DNA from: Nitrospirota bacterium
GTDB lineage: Bacteria > Nitrospirota > UBA9217
Direction: 5' to 3'
Assembly: GCA_963796285.1 (NCBI GenBank)
Contig: CAWCKW010000013.1
Span: 550,442-614,441, forward strand
Length of the DNA stretch: 64,000 bases
Position 1 is the stretch's first letter. Every line of letters starts with the position of its first letter. The position numbers and the translations under genes were made by a program. This document shows positions 40,528-51,757 of the stretch, in pieces. Below the pieces are notes generated by a model. The model saw only the letters and a program-made list of their open reading frames with translations. It was not told where the DNA came from and searched no databases.

Positions 40528-41034
40528 ATGAAATTGATCGCGGTTTTGTTCAGCATCACGCTGTTTCTCCAGGGCTGCTCATACGCAATCTCACGGGACG
40601 TGGCCAACCGGGCCGACAAGACCATTCCCTTTGAAAAACTTCAGGCTGATCCGGTTTCCATCAAGGGCAAGCTCGTCATCTTTGGCGGCACGATCACGCA
40701 GATCACCAGCCTGAAGCAGGGCACACTGATCGAAATCTCCCAGAAACCGCTCGACTACTGGGGACAACCCGAACGCACCAAACGGTCAAGCGGCCGCTTC
40801 CTCGTGTTCCATATGGGCTATCTGAACACAATGGCCTATGCGCCCGGCAATGATATCACCGTTGCCGGCGAAGTGCTCGGGACCGGCATACCGATGATCG
40901 GCGATACGCAGTACGACTATCCCGTCATTCTCTCGAAAGAGCTCAAGCTCTGGGGACGCGCGCCCCGTGCCCGGGACAAGCCACGGTGGATGGATCCGCT
41001 CTATGATCCGCACAACTCGACCCGGCCGGAATAA
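40528..41034 (+). CDS. Slp family outer-membrane lipoprotein
   Basis: Lipobox LQGC; FGGTI, EI.QKPLD..GQP, GRFL, ITVAGEV, YDYPV. Confidence 0.88.
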   Translation: MKLIAVLFSITLFLQGCSYAISRDVANRADKTIPFEKLQADPVSIKGKLVIFGGTITQITSLKQGTLIEISQKPLDYWGQPERTKRSSGRFLVFHMGYLNTMAYAPGNDITVAGEVLGTGIPMIGDTQYDYPVILSKELKLWGRAPRARDKPRWMDPLYDPHNSTRPE

Positions 41035-41066
41035 GAACCGGCCTCTTGCGCTCCAGAAGGGGGACC

Positions 41067-41564
41067 ATGGTTCGATCTTGCCATGCACTCATCTTCGTAT
41101 TGCTTTTCGCCATCTTCATGAGTGCAGGTTGCGCTCCACCGTTCCCCAAAGAGACCTTGGACAAGGTGAACAGGAGCGTTTCCTTCCAGGAACTGAAGAG
41201 GGACCCGGATCTGTTCAGGGGTGCATGGGTCATGCTCGGGGGCATGATCGTTGCCTCGAAGAACGCCAAAGACGGCACGCTCATCGAAATACTCCAAAAA
41301 CCTCTTGACACGAACGGGAGGCCCCTCGAGACGGATGCGACGGAAGGGCGGTTTCTTGTTCAGTCCGCTGCTTTTATGGATTCGGCCGTGTACCACCAGG
41401 GCAGACTGATAACGGTGATTGCTGAGGTCCTTGGTCATAAGGAACTGCCGCTCGACGAGATCATATACCCCTATCCCCTTCTCATCATGAAAGACCTGCA
41501 TCTCTGGGGTCCGTCGACGGGGCCGCGGTTCATCTTCGGGATCGGCGTGTCGCATCAGCTGTAG
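41067..41564 (+). CDS. Slp family outer-membrane lipoprotein (tandem paralog)
   Basis: Lipobox SAGC; LGGMI, EILQKPLD..GRP, GRFL, YPYP, F.FGIGV. Confidence 0.88.
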   Translation: MVRSCHALIFVLLFAIFMSAGCAPPFPKETLDKVNRSVSFQELKRDPDLFRGAWVMLGGMIVASKNAKDGTLIEILQKPLDTNGRPLETDATEGRFLVQSAAFMDSAVYHQGRLITVIAEVLGHKELPLDEIIYPYPLLIMKDLHLWGPSTGPRFIFGIGVSHQL

Positions 41565-41759
41565 CCATAGCACCTGATGAAAGTCCGCGCACGACGTTCT
41601 CGCTGCTGAACGCGATCAAGATCCAGATGTCCAACCGTTTCCCTGTTGGATTTTGGCTCTATGACCTTGCTTAGTATTCTTGCTTAGTATTTCGGGCTTT
41701 GCAGAGAAGATGACGTAACGCTTTGCGTCACTGCCGCAGTTTTAGATCGAGGTGTTTTC

Positions 41760-43583
41760 GTGAAAAAGGGCCCCCAATTCCTTATTTATCTTCTGATGCT
41801 CCTTGTGTTCATCAGCCTCTTCAGACTTTTTTCCGAGCAGCCGGCGGAAGAGGTCCCCTATAGCACCTTCAAGACCCTCGTGACGGAGAAGCGGGTCAAG
41901 GACCTTGTGATCACCCGGGACCAGATCAAGGGCACGCGGGTCAATGCAAAGGATGGGGAAAAAGAAAAGGGCTTCACGGTCGTACGCATTGAAGACCCGG
42001 ACCTCGTGAAAAACCTCGATGCCAGCGGGATTGCCTACCGCGGCGTGACCTCGGACAACTGGCTCAGGGATTTCCTGCTCACCTGGATACTCCCCCTGGT
42101 CGTGCTGATGGCCATCTGGAGCTTTGTGTTCAAGAGGATGGGCGCGGGAGGCCCGGGTCAGACCGTCATGAGCTTCGGCAAATCGCGCGCCAAGATCTAC
42201 AGCGAGAGCGACGTGAAGGTGACCTTTAACGATGTGGCCGGCGTGGACGAAGCGAAAGAAGAGCTCATGGAGGTGGTGGAGTTCCTCAAGCACCCCGACA
42301 AGTTCACCAAGCTCGGCGGCCGCATCCCCAAGGGGGTGCTGCTGGTCGGACCTCCCGGTACCGGAAAGACGCTTTTGGCAAAGGCGGTTGCCGGAGAATC
42401 CAAAGTGCCGTTCTTCTCCATGAGCGGATCCGAGTTTGTGGAGATGTTCGTGGGCGTGGGCGCGTCGCGCGTGCGCGACCTGTTCCAGCAGGCCGTGCTG
42501 AAGGCGCCCTGCATCATCTTCATCGACGAGCTCGATGCGCTCGGCCGCGCGCGGGGCATGGGCATGGCGGGCGCCCATGAGGAGCGCGAACAGACCCTGA
42601 ACCAGCTGCTGGCCGAAATGGACGGGTTCGACGCGCGCAAGGGCGTCATCATCATGGCCGCGACCAACCGGCCCGAGATCCTCGACCCGGCCCTGCTCCG
42701 CCCCGGGCGCTTCGACCGACACGTGCTCGTGGACCGGCCGAACATCAAGGACCGCGAGGACATTTTGAAGATCCACATCCGGGGCGTCAAGCTCTCGAAG
42801 GACGTGGACATCGCCGTGATCGCGGCGCGCACGCCCGGGTTCGTGGGGGCCGACCTCGCGAACATCGTGAACGAGGCTGCGCTTCTCGCCGCGCGCAAGA
42901 ACAAGACCGAAGTTGACATGACGGACTTCGAGGCCGCCATCGACCGCGTCGTGGCGGGACTCGAGAAGAAGCGGCGCGTCATGAACAAGAAGGAGAAAGA
43001 GATCGTGGCCTACCACGAGTGCGGCCACACGATCGTCGCCGAGCTGTTGCCCACCACCGACCCGGTGCACCGCGTGTCGATCGTCCAACGCGGCATCGCG
43101 GCATTAGGATATACCCTCCAGCTGCCGACAGAGGACCGCTATTTGATGACGAGGACGGAACTGCTGGACAAGCTCAGGGTCCTGCTCGGCGGCCGCGTTG
43201 CCGAAGAGCTCGTTTTTCACGAGGTCTCGACAGGCGCTCAGAACGACCTCCAGCGTGCGGCCGACATCGCGCGCAGCATGGTCACCGAATACGGCATGAC
43301 CGAGAAGTTCGGGCCGCTCACCTTCGAAAAAGAACGTCGTCCGCTGTTCCTCGATATGGGCCTGCCCTCAGGGGCAAAGGAATACAGCGAAGACACGGCG
43401 CGCGAGATCGACCAGGAAGTGAAGCGACTCGTGGATGATTCGTATAGTAAGGTCCGGGAGCTCCTTTCCGGAAATCAAGACAGGCTGAAGACCCTGGCAA
43501 CGGTTCTCCTCGAAAAAGAGACCATCGAAGGGGATGAGGTCAGAAAGATCCTGGGCCTGCCGGAGAAGAAGGAACACGGGTAG
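41760..43583 (+). CDS. ftsH: ATP-dependent zinc metalloprotease FtsH
   Basis: Two TM segments, [41 protein letters not shown]. Confidence 0.96.
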   Translation: MKKGPQFLIYLLMLLVFISLFRLFSEQPAEEVPYSTFKTLVTEKRVKDLVITRDQIKGTRVNAKDGEKEKGFTVVRIEDPDLVKNLDASGIAYRGVTSDNWLRDFLLTWILPLVVLMAIWSFVFKRMGAGGPGQTVMSFGKSRAKIYSESDVKVTFNDVAGVDEAKEELMEVVEFLKHPDKFTKLGGRIPKGVLLVGPPGTGKTLLAKAVAGESKVPFFSMSGSEFVEMFVGVGASRVRDLFQQAVLKAPCIIFIDELDALGRARGMGMAGAHEEREQTLNQLLAEMDGFDARKGVIIMAATNRPEILDPALLRPGRFDRHVLVDRPNIKDREDILKIHIRGVKLSKDVDIAVIAARTPGFVGADLANIVNEAALLAARKNKTEVDMTDFEAAIDRVVAGLEKKRRVMNKKEKEIVAYHECGHTIVAELLPTTDPVHRVSIVQRGIAALGYTLQLPTEDRYLMTRTELLDKLRVLLGGRVAEELVFHEVSTGAQNDLQRAADIARSMVTEYGMTEKFGPLTFEKERRPLFLDMGLPSGAKEYSEDTAREIDQEVKRLVDDSYSKVRELLSGNQDRLKTLATVLLEKETIEGDEVRKILGLPEKKEHG

Positions 43584-43884
43584 ACCGGTCAGACTCCGCA
43601 CTGTTCCCACTTGTCGCCCGATCGAAGAGAAGGATGCAAGGAGTGAAGAGTCGTGTGCCGCCGGGGCATTGCTGAGAAGGTTCGGTTTGAACGGATGTCA
43701 ACGTGTCGTGATGGCTCACAACTTTCATCCGACGGTATGCGTGTCAAAATACTTGACCCGGCTTTCAATGGTTCCGGCGTGTCCGGCACAGGCTGCCGCG
43801 CCTGTTCGTAACCAGGATCTGATGAACAAGGAATAACCCGCTTACCATACAACTGCACGCAAACGGGGAACCTGGAGAAAAAAT

Positions 43885-45549
43885 GTGACGAGTCCCGATC
43901 GGATCAAAACCGTATACGTTGTCGGCCATACAACGCCGGACACGGATTCCGTTTGCTCGGCCATTGCCTATGCCTATTTCAAAAATGTCACGGACAAGCG
44001 TTTCCTGTTCACGCCCGTGCGGGCGGGAAAGCTGAACCATGAAACCACCTTTGTACTGAACAGGTTCAACGTGCCTGCGCCGGCGGAGATCGACAGCCTC
44101 GTTGCCACGGTGAGCGATCTTGACCTCAAGCGCCCCATCGCCGTCAATGTGCGCGACTCCATCCAGGCGCTGGCCCTCCTCATGCGCGAAAAGGGTGTCC
44201 GCTCGGTCCCGGTCGTTGACGAGGAAAGCGGGCTTGCCGGCGTTGTCGGCCTCAAGGACATCGCCCGCCACTACATGGACAGCGTCGGGTTCGCAGACCT
44301 TTCCAAGGCGCCCATTGAGCTTGATATTTTACTGAAAACGCTCAACGGCCGCGTCATCAGCAACAGCAAGCGCCTCTCGGTGCTCACCGGCCGCGTGTTC
44401 ATTGCCGCCATGCAGCGCGGCACCCTGCTGAACCGCGTTCGGCCCGGCGACGTGGTGATCGCGGGGGACCAGAACGACATGCAGCTGGAGCTTGTCAGGA
44501 TGGGCTGCTCCGCCGTCATCGTGACCGATAATGCGCCCATCGCGAACGAGGTCATCGCCGCGGCCGGCGAGAAAGGCGTGCTGCTCCTCTCGTCGCCCCA
44601 GCCGGCCTTTGCCACGGTCCAGCTCATGACCATGTCCGAGCCCCTGTCCTCGATCATGACCGCGACGTGCCCCACCGTCGGCCTCTACACTCCCATGGCA
44701 GAAGTGCGCTCGAAGATCGTGGAGTCGGACTATCGCTCCGTGATCGTGGTGGACAGCGACAACCGGCTCATCGGGGTCATTACCCGGACGGACCTCCTGA
44801 AGCCTGTGCGCAAGATGGCGGTCCTCGTGGACCACAACGAGCTTTCGCAGGCCGTGGACGGGATCGAGGAAGCGGAGATCCTCGAGATCATCGACCACCA
44901 CCGCGTAGGCGACATCTCCACGACCGCGCCGATCTATGTGTATAACGACCCGGTCGGCAGCACCTGCACGGTCGTGGCCGGGATCATGATCCTGCACCAG
45001 ACGCACCTCCCGAAGGAGATCGCCGGCATCCTGCTTTCCGGCATATTGTCGGATACACTCCTGTTAACGCTCTCGACGACCACGGAACGCGACCGCACGA
45101 CGGCGCAGCGCCTGGCCGAGATCGCCGGTATCGATGTTCCGTCCTTTGCCAGGGAGCTGCTTCATGAAAGCATCAACATGGAGGACAGGAGTGCCGGGGA
45201 GCTGATCGCTGCGGATTTCAAGGAGTTCCTGATCAGCGGGAAGAAGCTGGGAGTGAGCCAGATGATGTCACTGGACTGCGCGGAGATCGATGCGCGCGAG
45301 CGGGAGCTGGTGGCTGAACTCGAACGCCTGCGTCTGGCGAACAATTACGACCTTACGGTGCTGCTGGTGCTGAACCCGCTCGGCAAGGTTCAGGAGCGGA
45401 TCCTGCTCCGGGGCGAAACGTGGATCGTCGAGAAGGCGTTCAACGTGAAAGTGGTGAATGACACTTGCACCGTTCCCCGGGTCATGTCCCGGAAAAAAGA
45501 TTTTATTCCCGCCATCGGGCAGGTGCTGAGCATGGGGCAGGGAAGGTAG
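43885..45549 (+). CDS. ppaC: Family II Mn-dependent inorganic pyrophosphatase with a CBS-DRTGG-CBS insert
   Basis: GH..PDTDS, LVDHNE..Q, IIDHHR, PVGSTCT, ILSDT, SRKK. Confidence 0.9.
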   Translation: MTSPDRIKTVYVVGHTTPDTDSVCSAIAYAYFKNVTDKRFLFTPVRAGKLNHETTFVLNRFNVPAPAEIDSLVATVSDLDLKRPIAVNVRDSIQALALLMREKGVRSVPVVDEESGLAGVVGLKDIARHYMDSVGFADLSKAPIELDILLKTLNGRVISNSKRLSVLTGRVFIAAMQRGTLLNRVRPGDVVIAGDQNDMQLELVRMGCSAVIVTDNAPIANEVIAAAGEKGVLLLSSPQPAFATVQLMTMSEPLSSIMTATCPTVGLYTPMAEVRSKIVESDYRSVIVVDSDNRLIGVITRTDLLKPVRKMAVLVDHNELSQAVDGIEEAEILEIIDHHRVGDISTTAPIYVYNDPVGSTCTVVAGIMILHQTHLPKEIAGILLSGILSDTLLLTLSTTTERDRTTAQRLAEIAGIDVPSFARELLHESINMEDRSAGELIAADFKEFLISGKKLGVSQMMSLDCAEIDARERELVAELERLRLANNYDLTVLLVLNPLGKVQERILLRGETWIVEKAFNVKVVNDTCTVPRVMSRKKDFIPAIGQVLSMGQGR

Positions 45550-45586
45550 GAAAGAGACCGTCTGAGACGTTGACGTGGCTTCTCTT

Positions 45587-45781
45587 GGTTCCGGCTCGTC
45601 CGGGTTTGTCAGTTAAGATTCAAATTCTTCAAAATAAATATTACCGCAGAGACGCGGAGGCGCAGAGAAAAGCGAAGCAAGTCTTTGAGTTGACCCAATA
45701 AAGAATTTAGCTGTTGACATTCTCCGCGTCTCGGCGTCTCAGCGGTTACATTGTGTTGCTTCCGGCTTGTCCGGGTCAGGG
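45587..45781. repeat. Palindrome bracketed by two direct copies of the TTCCGGCTTGTCCGGGT motif
   Basis: ggttccggctcgtccgggtttg ... accgcagagacgcggaggcgcagaga ... tctccgcgtctcggcgtctcagcggt ... ttccggcttgtccgggtcagg. Confidence 0.8.
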
Positions 45782-46045
45782 TCATTTCAGATCGCTCTGG
45801 TCTTTCGCAAAGCCCGTGTAAAACCACTGGCGGACTTCACCATCATAATAGAGTTTGTGAAATAAGCCGTCACTCCCCTTCACGAGAAAGAACCGCTTGC
45901 GCGTCCGTTCGGGCCCCGTTTCTTCGACCCACATCTCCAGGACCTCCAGGACCGTGATCTTCTCGCCGTGCGCGAAGAAGACCCGCGGACTTTCTTCACC
46001 CTGGTATCCAGCATACGATCCCACGTCTATTTTGATATCCGCCAT
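45782..46045 (-). CDS. Small hypothetical protein
   Basis: 87 aa with YAGY.GEESPR.F and RFFLVKGSDG...KLYYD...QW; host-like composition. Confidence 0.7.
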   Translation of the reverse strand: MADIKIDVGSYAGYQGEESPRVFFAHGEKITVLEVLEMWVEETGPERTRKRFFLVKGSDGLFHKLYYDGEVRQWFYTGFAKDQSDLK

Positions 46046-46114
46046 TTGTGCTTTCCCTTGTGTACTATTTTTTCCCGCCCCTGCTCGTTGGGGCTTTTCA
46101 CCTGCAGACGCTGT

Positions 46115-47110
46115 TCAAGAGACCAGGTCCTCAAGTTTGGATATCGAGGAGGGCTGGCCAAGGACGATCAGCGTGTCCTTTGCCTCGATCAAACTTGCAG
46201 AATCCGGGTTGAAGACCATCTTGCCGCTCACCTTCTTGATGCCCACAATGATCACGCCGGTGTCCTTGCGCAGGCCCGCGTCCTTGAGGTTCCGCCCGAC
46301 GAAGGGCGACTGCACGGGGATGAAGATCTCCTCCATCTGCAGATCAAGGTGCTCGCGGCCCGTGGCGATCTCGATGAAGTCCACCACGTTCGGCCGCAGG
46401 ATGGCCTGGGCCATTCTGCTCCCTCCGATGTGATACGGCGACACCACCTTGTTCGCCCCTGCGCGCTGGAGCTTGATCTCTGAGCCGGGCTCGCCCGACC
46501 GGGCGAGAATGAAGAGGTCCGGGTTCAGCCCTCGCGCGGTGAGGGTGATGTACACGTTCTCCGTGTCCGACGTGACCACGGAGACGAGCCCCTTTGCGCG
46601 CTTGATCCCCGCCTTGAGCAGGGTCTCATCCTCCGTTGCGTTCCCGTGCAGGTAAAGAACGCTTTCTGCCGCAAGTTTTTCCAGCACCGCCGGATCTCTC
46701 TCCACCACCACGAAAGGGATCGGCTTGGCTGCAAATTCCCTGCAGATGAGCGCGCCGATCCTGCCGTACCCGCAGATAATATAATGGTCCCGCAGGGCAT
46801 CAATTGACATTTCCACTTTTTTCCTCCCGAGAAATCGCTGGATCTGGCCCTCGAACATGATCTGGGCAAGCTTGCCCACGGTGTAGCCGAGAACGGACAC
46901 GCCGAATATGATCAGCAGGATCGTGAACACCTGCCCCGCATCGCTCAGGCGATGTACTTCCTGGAACCCTACCGTCGTGAGGGTGATGACGGTCATATAG
47001 AAGGCATCAAGAAAACGCCATCCCTCTATGGACATATACCCTGCCGTGCCGAGCGAAACAAGCAGCAGGAGGATGAGCAGCGATATTTTCAGTTGTCGTA
47101 TGGGGTTCAT
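46115..47110 (-). CDS. Potassium channel with RCK/TrkA domains
   Basis: Pore YMTVITLTTVGF, Rossmann ICGYGRIG, TrkA-C domain. Confidence 0.92.
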   Translation of the reverse strand: MNPIRQLKISLLILLLLVSLGTAGYMSIEGWRFLDAFYMTVITLTTVGFQEVHRLSDAGQVFTILLIIFGVSVLGYTVGKLAQIMFEGQIQRFLGRKKVEMSIDALRDHYIICGYGRIGALICREFAAKPIPFVVVERDPAVLEKLAAESVLYLHGNATEDETLLKAGIKRAKGLVSVVTSDTENVYITLTARGLNPDLFILARSGEPGSEIKLQRAGANKVVSPYHIGGSRMAQAILRPNVVDFIEIATGREHLDLQMEEIFIPVQSPFVGRNLKDAGLRKDTGVIIVGIKKVSGKMVFNPDSASLIEAKDTLIVLGQPSSISKLEDLVS

Positions 47111-47141
47111 GGCCTGTCCCGGCATGGGCGTTTCCACGCAG

Positions 47142-48665
47142 CTACTCTCCGGCTTTTCTTATTGCTTCCTTTATGTTCTCCGCTCTCGGATTTTTCTTCA
47201 AGGCATCCTGGTAGAGGGACATCGCCTTTGCCTTCAGGCCGAGCCTTGCATAGAATTTCGCGAACTCAAGGTAATAATCCATTTTTAACGGATTCATGTT
47301 GACGGCCTTTGCAAAATATTCTTCCGCATCACGGCCCCTCCGCGGCATATGCGAGAGGGCCATCGCCTGGTGGAATATGTATTCAGCATTGGAAGGATCA
47401 AAGCGGATGGCCCACTGGAAGGACTCTTCCGCATCCCAGAAGTTGCGTTGAGTATAATACTTCACGCCCTCTGTGAAGTTGGCAGCGGCGGCGGCCGAAC
47501 TGACCTCTTTATCAGACCCGGTCCCCTTCTTCACTCGCTGCTGTTGTAAGCCGGCTGCAAGCTCCTGATCATACTTTTTGCGCTTGGCCGGTCGAGAAAG
47601 CGTCTCGTGCGCCTCATGGATGGCGTTGAAAAGCGCTTCAAGTTCCGATTTCATCTCATTCAGCGGCGGGCCGAAATGCCTGTCCGGGTGATAACGTTTG
47701 GCCATGGTGAAATAAGCTTTTTTGATCTCCTGCGCCGTAGCGTCACGGCCGACACCAAGCACCTCAAAATGGTTCTGTTGCGCAAGTCTCTTGTGGGCTT
47801 CGAGAAGCGCGGCCACCGTGAGCAGCTCCGCGGTCTCCGGTCCTGGAGTTTTCGTTTCTTTTACCGTAACCGCATCGCGCACCACGTCGCGGACCCGTTT
47901 CGCGTCACCAGCCTGTTTGAGAGCTCCCGTCTCCGCCACCCGGAGCGCCAGCAGCGCGTAGATCGCCCTGAGCGTGTTGAAATCGCCGATACCGGACAGT
48001 GAACAGATCTCCTCGATGCTTGTGCTGCCATCGATATACATCAGAACGGTCCGGTGGTCCTGCTCGAGCTCCTCGCCCTGCAGCGGCAGCGACCGGTTCG
48101 CAACAAGCCGGAGGATCGTCTTGAGCGGCGGGAGCGACCTTCGTACGACCGACCATTCCATTCCGCGGAGACCCTCGATGATCAGGTCTCCGGTGCTCAT
48201 CATGAGCGGGCCGATGTCGAAATGGGGCGCCGGGCTGTCGTCGAACCAGTAGCTGCCGTTCCGCCAATTGAAGATACTGACGACGATCTGCCTGACCTGA
48301 TACCGCACACCTTCATCCAGGACCTCGGGCGTGATATATCCGAGCTCCACGAGGACCGCTCCCTGCTTGTTGCCGGTCCTTTTGACCACCTCAGCCGCTG
48401 CGTCGCACTGCTGCCTGGTGATCGTTCCTGCTCGATGCAGCCATTCGCCCAGCCGGTCTTCGCTCAGGCTGGAAGAGGCGAAGAAAACATTTCCGTTGGC
48501 GACATAGACCTTTTTCACCACCGGATCGCGCGTAAAGACCATGGTGCCGGTCTTTTTTTCCGCAAGCAGGCCCTGGAACAGCTGGGGCACGGTCATGTTT
48601 GTTATCTCTCCGCTCGACGATACAAGGTCGCTCAAAGGGCCTCCTTGCGGCACAAGAACCTTCAT
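47142..48665 (-). CDS. DUF4388 + J-domain + TPR protein
   Basis: KTGTM...VYVANG.VFFASS...RLGE and FNWRNGSYWF; J-domain NHFEVLGV...IKKAY...KRYHPD; C-terminal TPRs. Confidence 0.85.
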   Translation of the reverse strand: MKVLVPQGGPLSDLVSSSGEITNMTVPQLFQGLLAEKKTGTMVFTRDPVVKKVYVANGNVFFASSSLSEDRLGEWLHRAGTITRQQCDAAAEVVKRTGNKQGAVLVELGYITPEVLDEGVRYQVRQIVVSIFNWRNGSYWFDDSPAPHFDIGPLMMSTGDLIIEGLRGMEWSVVRRSLPPLKTILRLVANRSLPLQGEELEQDHRTVLMYIDGSTSIEEICSLSGIGDFNTLRAIYALLALRVAETGALKQAGDAKRVRDVVRDAVTVKETKTPGPETAELLTVAALLEAHKRLAQQNHFEVLGVGRDATAQEIKKAYFTMAKRYHPDRHFGPPLNEMKSELEALFNAIHEAHETLSRPAKRKKYDQELAAGLQQQRVKKGTGSDKEVSSAAAAANFTEGVKYYTQRNFWDAEESFQWAIRFDPSNAEYIFHQAMALSHMPRRGRDAEEYFAKAVNMNPLKMDYYLEFAKFYARLGLKAKAMSLYQDALKKNPRAENIKEAIRKAGE

Positions 48666-48877
48666 CAACGCGCCATTTTTCCCGTGGCTGACAGAACAAA
48701 ATATTCTCAACAGGGAAAACACGTTGCTGACACTAATGCAGACTGCTTACCCTATGAAACATCACGAAGTCTCCTCTGGTTGAATCCGCCGTTAACCGGG
48801 TCAAATTTTCTCTTTTTTATCCGTCCAACCTTGCCGGTTCATTCGCTGATCCAGCCAAGTTGATAACCGCCGCGGAC

Positions 48878-51355
48878 TTATCCGATCCTCACCGGTTTGA
48901 CGCCCCAGATCCGGTCAGCGTATTCCTGTATCGCACGGTCGCTCGAAAACTTTCCCAGGCCCGCCACGTTCAGAATGGCGCGCCTGCTCCACTCGCCGGG
49001 GTCGCGGTAAAGCGCGTTGACCCGTTCCTGGCAGGCGACATAGGACGCATAATCCGCGAGCAGCAGATAGCGGTCTCCATACGCGGTCAGCGCATCGAAG
49101 ACCGGGCGGAAGAGTGACGGCGCATCGGGTGAAAAGTAGCCGCTGTTGATCATGTCGAGCGCCTGCTTGAGCTCGGCATCGGTATGATACACGTCCCAGG
49201 GGTTGTAGCCGTTCTTGAAGAGCGCGGCAACCCCATCGACGGTCAGTCCGAAAATGAAGATGTTCTCGTCCCCCACCTCGTCCTTCATCTCGATGTTCGC
49301 CCCGTCCAGCGTGCCGATGGTCAGCGCGCCGTTCAGCGCGAGCTTCATATTGCCCGTGCCCGAGGCCTCGGTGCCCGCCGTGGAGATCTGCTCGGACAGA
49401 TCGCAGGCAGGGATGATCTTCTCCGCATTCGAGACGTTGTAGTCGGGAATGAACACGACTTTGAGCAGGCCGCCGACAGCCGGATCGTTGTTCACGATGT
49501 CTCCGACACTGTGGATGAGCTTGATGGTGAGCTTGGCCATGGCGTATCCGGGCGCGGCCTTCCCTCCGAAGATCACCGTGCGCGGAACGGGGTCCTTGGC
49601 CCGCCCCTCCTTGATGCGGTTGTAGCAGGTCACGATATGCAGCACGTTCAGGAGCTGACGTTTGTATTCATGGATGCGCTTGATCTGCACGTCGAACATC
49701 GAGTCGGGATCGACCGTGAGCTTCAGCCTCATCTTGATGATCTCGGCCAGCCGCTCCTTGTTCGCGCGCTTCACCGCACGGAACTGCTTTTGAAATTCCG
49801 GTTCTCCGGCAAGGGGGACGAGCTTCTTGAGCTCCGACAGATCGCTGACCCACGTCTCGCCGATGCGCGATGTGATCAGGGCGGACAGCTCCGGATTGGC
49901 CTGGTGAAGCCATCGCCGGGGCGTGATGCCGTTCGTAATGTTGATGATCCTGCCGGGAAAGCACTGCTCGAAGTCGGCAAAGATGGTCTTCTTCATGAGG
50001 TCGGTGTGGATCTGCGACACGCCGTTCACCGTGTGGCTCCCGACGATGGCCAGGTGCGCCATGCGCAGCCTGCGGCCGCCTGCCTCGTCCACGATCGACA
50101 TGCGCCTGAGCCGCTCCACGTCGCCGGGGTAGCAATGGCGCACCGCTTCCAGAAAACGATGGTTGATCTCGTAGATGATCTGGAGGTGGCGCGGCAGAAG
50201 CGCTTCGAAGAGGCTCACCGGCCAGGTCTCGAGCGCCTCGGGCATCAGCGTGTGGTTGGTGTAGGAGAAGGTCCGCTGCGTGATCGCCCAGGCGCGGTCC
50301 CAGTCCAGGTGATGGAGATCGACCAGTACGCGCATAAGCTCCGGGATGGCGATGGCGGGATGGGTGTCGTTCAACTGGATCGCCACCTTGTTCGGCAGCT
50401 CGTCCAGGTCCGGGTGATATTTGGTGAAGCGCCTCAGGATGTCCTGGATCGACGCGCAGACGAAAAAGTATTGCTGTTTAAGCCTCAGCTCCCTCCCCAT
50501 GATGGTGGTGTCGTCGGGGTAGAGCACCTTGGACAGGTTCTCCGATGCGTTCTTGTCCTCCACCGCCTTGATGTAGTTGCCCTCATTGAAGTACTTGAGG
50601 TTGAAGTCGCGCGAGGCCTTGGCCGTCCAGAGACGCATGTTGTTCACGGTGCTGGTATTGTAGCCCGGCACGGGCGTATCGCAGGCCATTGCCATCACGT
50701 CTTCAGTATCGATCCAGTGAAAGTGTATCTTGTTCTGGTCGTTCTTGAACTGCACCACGCGTCCGCCGAACTTCACCGGAAAGAGCACCTCGGGACGCGG
50801 AAAATCCCAGGGATTGCCGTAGCGCAGCCAGTTATCGGGGTGCTCCACCTGGTTGCCGTCCTCGATGCGCTGGGTAAACATGCCGTACTCGTAGCGGATC
50901 CCGTATCCGTACCCCGGCAGGCCCATGGTCGCCATGGAATCGAGAAAGCAGGCGGCAAGCCTGCCGAGGCCGCCGTTGCCCAGGGCAGCGTCCATCTCCA
51001 GCTCCCGGAGGCGGTCGATGTCGAGTTCGAGATCGGAAAGCGCTTCGCGGCATTCGTCATAGAAACCCATGTTCAGCAGGCTGTTCGCAAGCAGCCTGCC
51101 CGTCAGGAACTCCATGGAAAGGTAGTAGACGCGCTTGGCGTCGGTCTTGTAATAGCTGCGCATGGTCTCCATCCAGCGCTCGATCAGTCGTTCGCGCACA
51201 ACATAGGCCGTGGTATGGAACCAGTCCCGGTGCGTGGCGGTGATCGGGTCCTTGCCTATTGAGTAGATCAGGCGGTCGGCAAAGGAGTGTTTGAGGGAAG
51301 CCCGGTCCTGGCCGCGCTTGGAGTATTCGAAACCTTCCTTTTTATTGGTGGTCAT
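48878..51355 (-). CDS. glgP: Glycogen/starch phosphorylase
   Basis: LGNGGLGRLAAC, QLNDTHP, QIKRIHEYKRQ, PLP site EASGTGNMK. Confidence 0.97.
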   Translation of the reverse strand: MTTNKKEGFEYSKRGQDRASLKHSFADRLIYSIGKDPITATHRDWFHTTAYVVRERLIERWMETMRSYYKTDAKRVYYLSMEFLTGRLLANSLLNMGFYDECREALSDLELDIDRLRELEMDAALGNGGLGRLAACFLDSMATMGLPGYGYGIRYEYGMFTQRIEDGNQVEHPDNWLRYGNPWDFPRPEVLFPVKFGGRVVQFKNDQNKIHFHWIDTEDVMAMACDTPVPGYNTSTVNNMRLWTAKASRDFNLKYFNEGNYIKAVEDKNASENLSKVLYPDDTTIMGRELRLKQQYFFVCASIQDILRRFTKYHPDLDELPNKVAIQLNDTHPAIAIPELMRVLVDLHHLDWDRAWAITQRTFSYTNHTLMPEALETWPVSLFEALLPRHLQIIYEINHRFLEAVRHCYPGDVERLRRMSIVDEAGGRRLRMAHLAIVGSHTVNGVSQIHTDLMKKTIFADFEQCFPGRIINITNGITPRRWLHQANPELSALITSRIGETWVSDLSELKKLVPLAGEPEFQKQFRAVKRANKERLAEIIKMRLKLTVDPDSMFDVQIKRIHEYKRQLLNVLHIVTCYNRIKEGRAKDPVPRTVIFGGKAAPGYAMAKLTIKLIHSVGDIVNNDPAVGGLLKVVFIPDYNVSNAEKIIPACDLSEQISTAGTEASGTGNMKLALNGALTIGTLDGANIEMKDEVGDENIFIFGLTVDGVAALFKNGYNPWDVYHTDAELKQALDMINSGYFSPDAPSLFRPVFDALTAYGDRYLLLADYASYVACQERVNALYRDPGEWSRRAILNVAGLGKFSSDRAIQEYADRIWGVKPVRIG

Positions 51356-51645
51356 GAAGCCTCCAGAAAGGGTGGATGGAGCATGCTCAATATTTTATTA
51401 TTTTACCTGAAAAGAAAAAGGATGGGTATTTTTTATTTTGCGGACCGGAGGATCAATGTAAGCTTATCCATTTCCGCTGCAGTTCACGAAAGTGCATTTG
51501 TAGATCTTTCCGTGGGCCGGGGTGAAGAATGTCCACAGAAGGATCGTTACTGCTGGCAAGATATCATGGCATTGTTTGTTGATCCCGGCGCTTCTTTGCT
51601 CTGGTTTTTTCTTCAACTGGCTTCCATATAGAGATGAAACTTATA

Positions 51646-51718
51646 CAAGAACGCGCGCCTGACGCGCCGCCTTTGGCGCGTCGCTGTCGAGGCGCAGGTT
51701 GAAATCATCGCGTTAGAC
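51646..51718 (-). mobile_element. Integron attC-like site, preceded by a second R''-like GTCTAAC
   Basis: Minus strand GTCTAAC gcgatgat TTCAAC ctgcgc CTCGAC agcgacgcgccaaaggcggcgc GTCAG gcgcgc GTT: an imperfect palindrome with an unpaired base, 3' of an AT-rich ORF. Confidence 0.6.
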
Positions 51719-51757
51719 ATTTGGCATTAATTTTCAATGGGTAAATTGTCCATGTGG

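Noticed and set aside
41742-43088. 448-aa minus-strand ORF
   Set aside because: Antisense shadow of ftsH.
43584-43884. Possible sRNA or ORF between ftsH and ppaC
   Set aside because: No recognisable structure, SD-led ORF or motif.
49184-51262. 692-aa plus-strand ORF
   Set aside because: Antisense shadow of GC-rich glgP; no recognisable motifs.
51287-51631. 114-aa plus-strand ORF upstream of glgP
   Set aside because: Overlaps the glgP start and promoter region; no SD or motifs.
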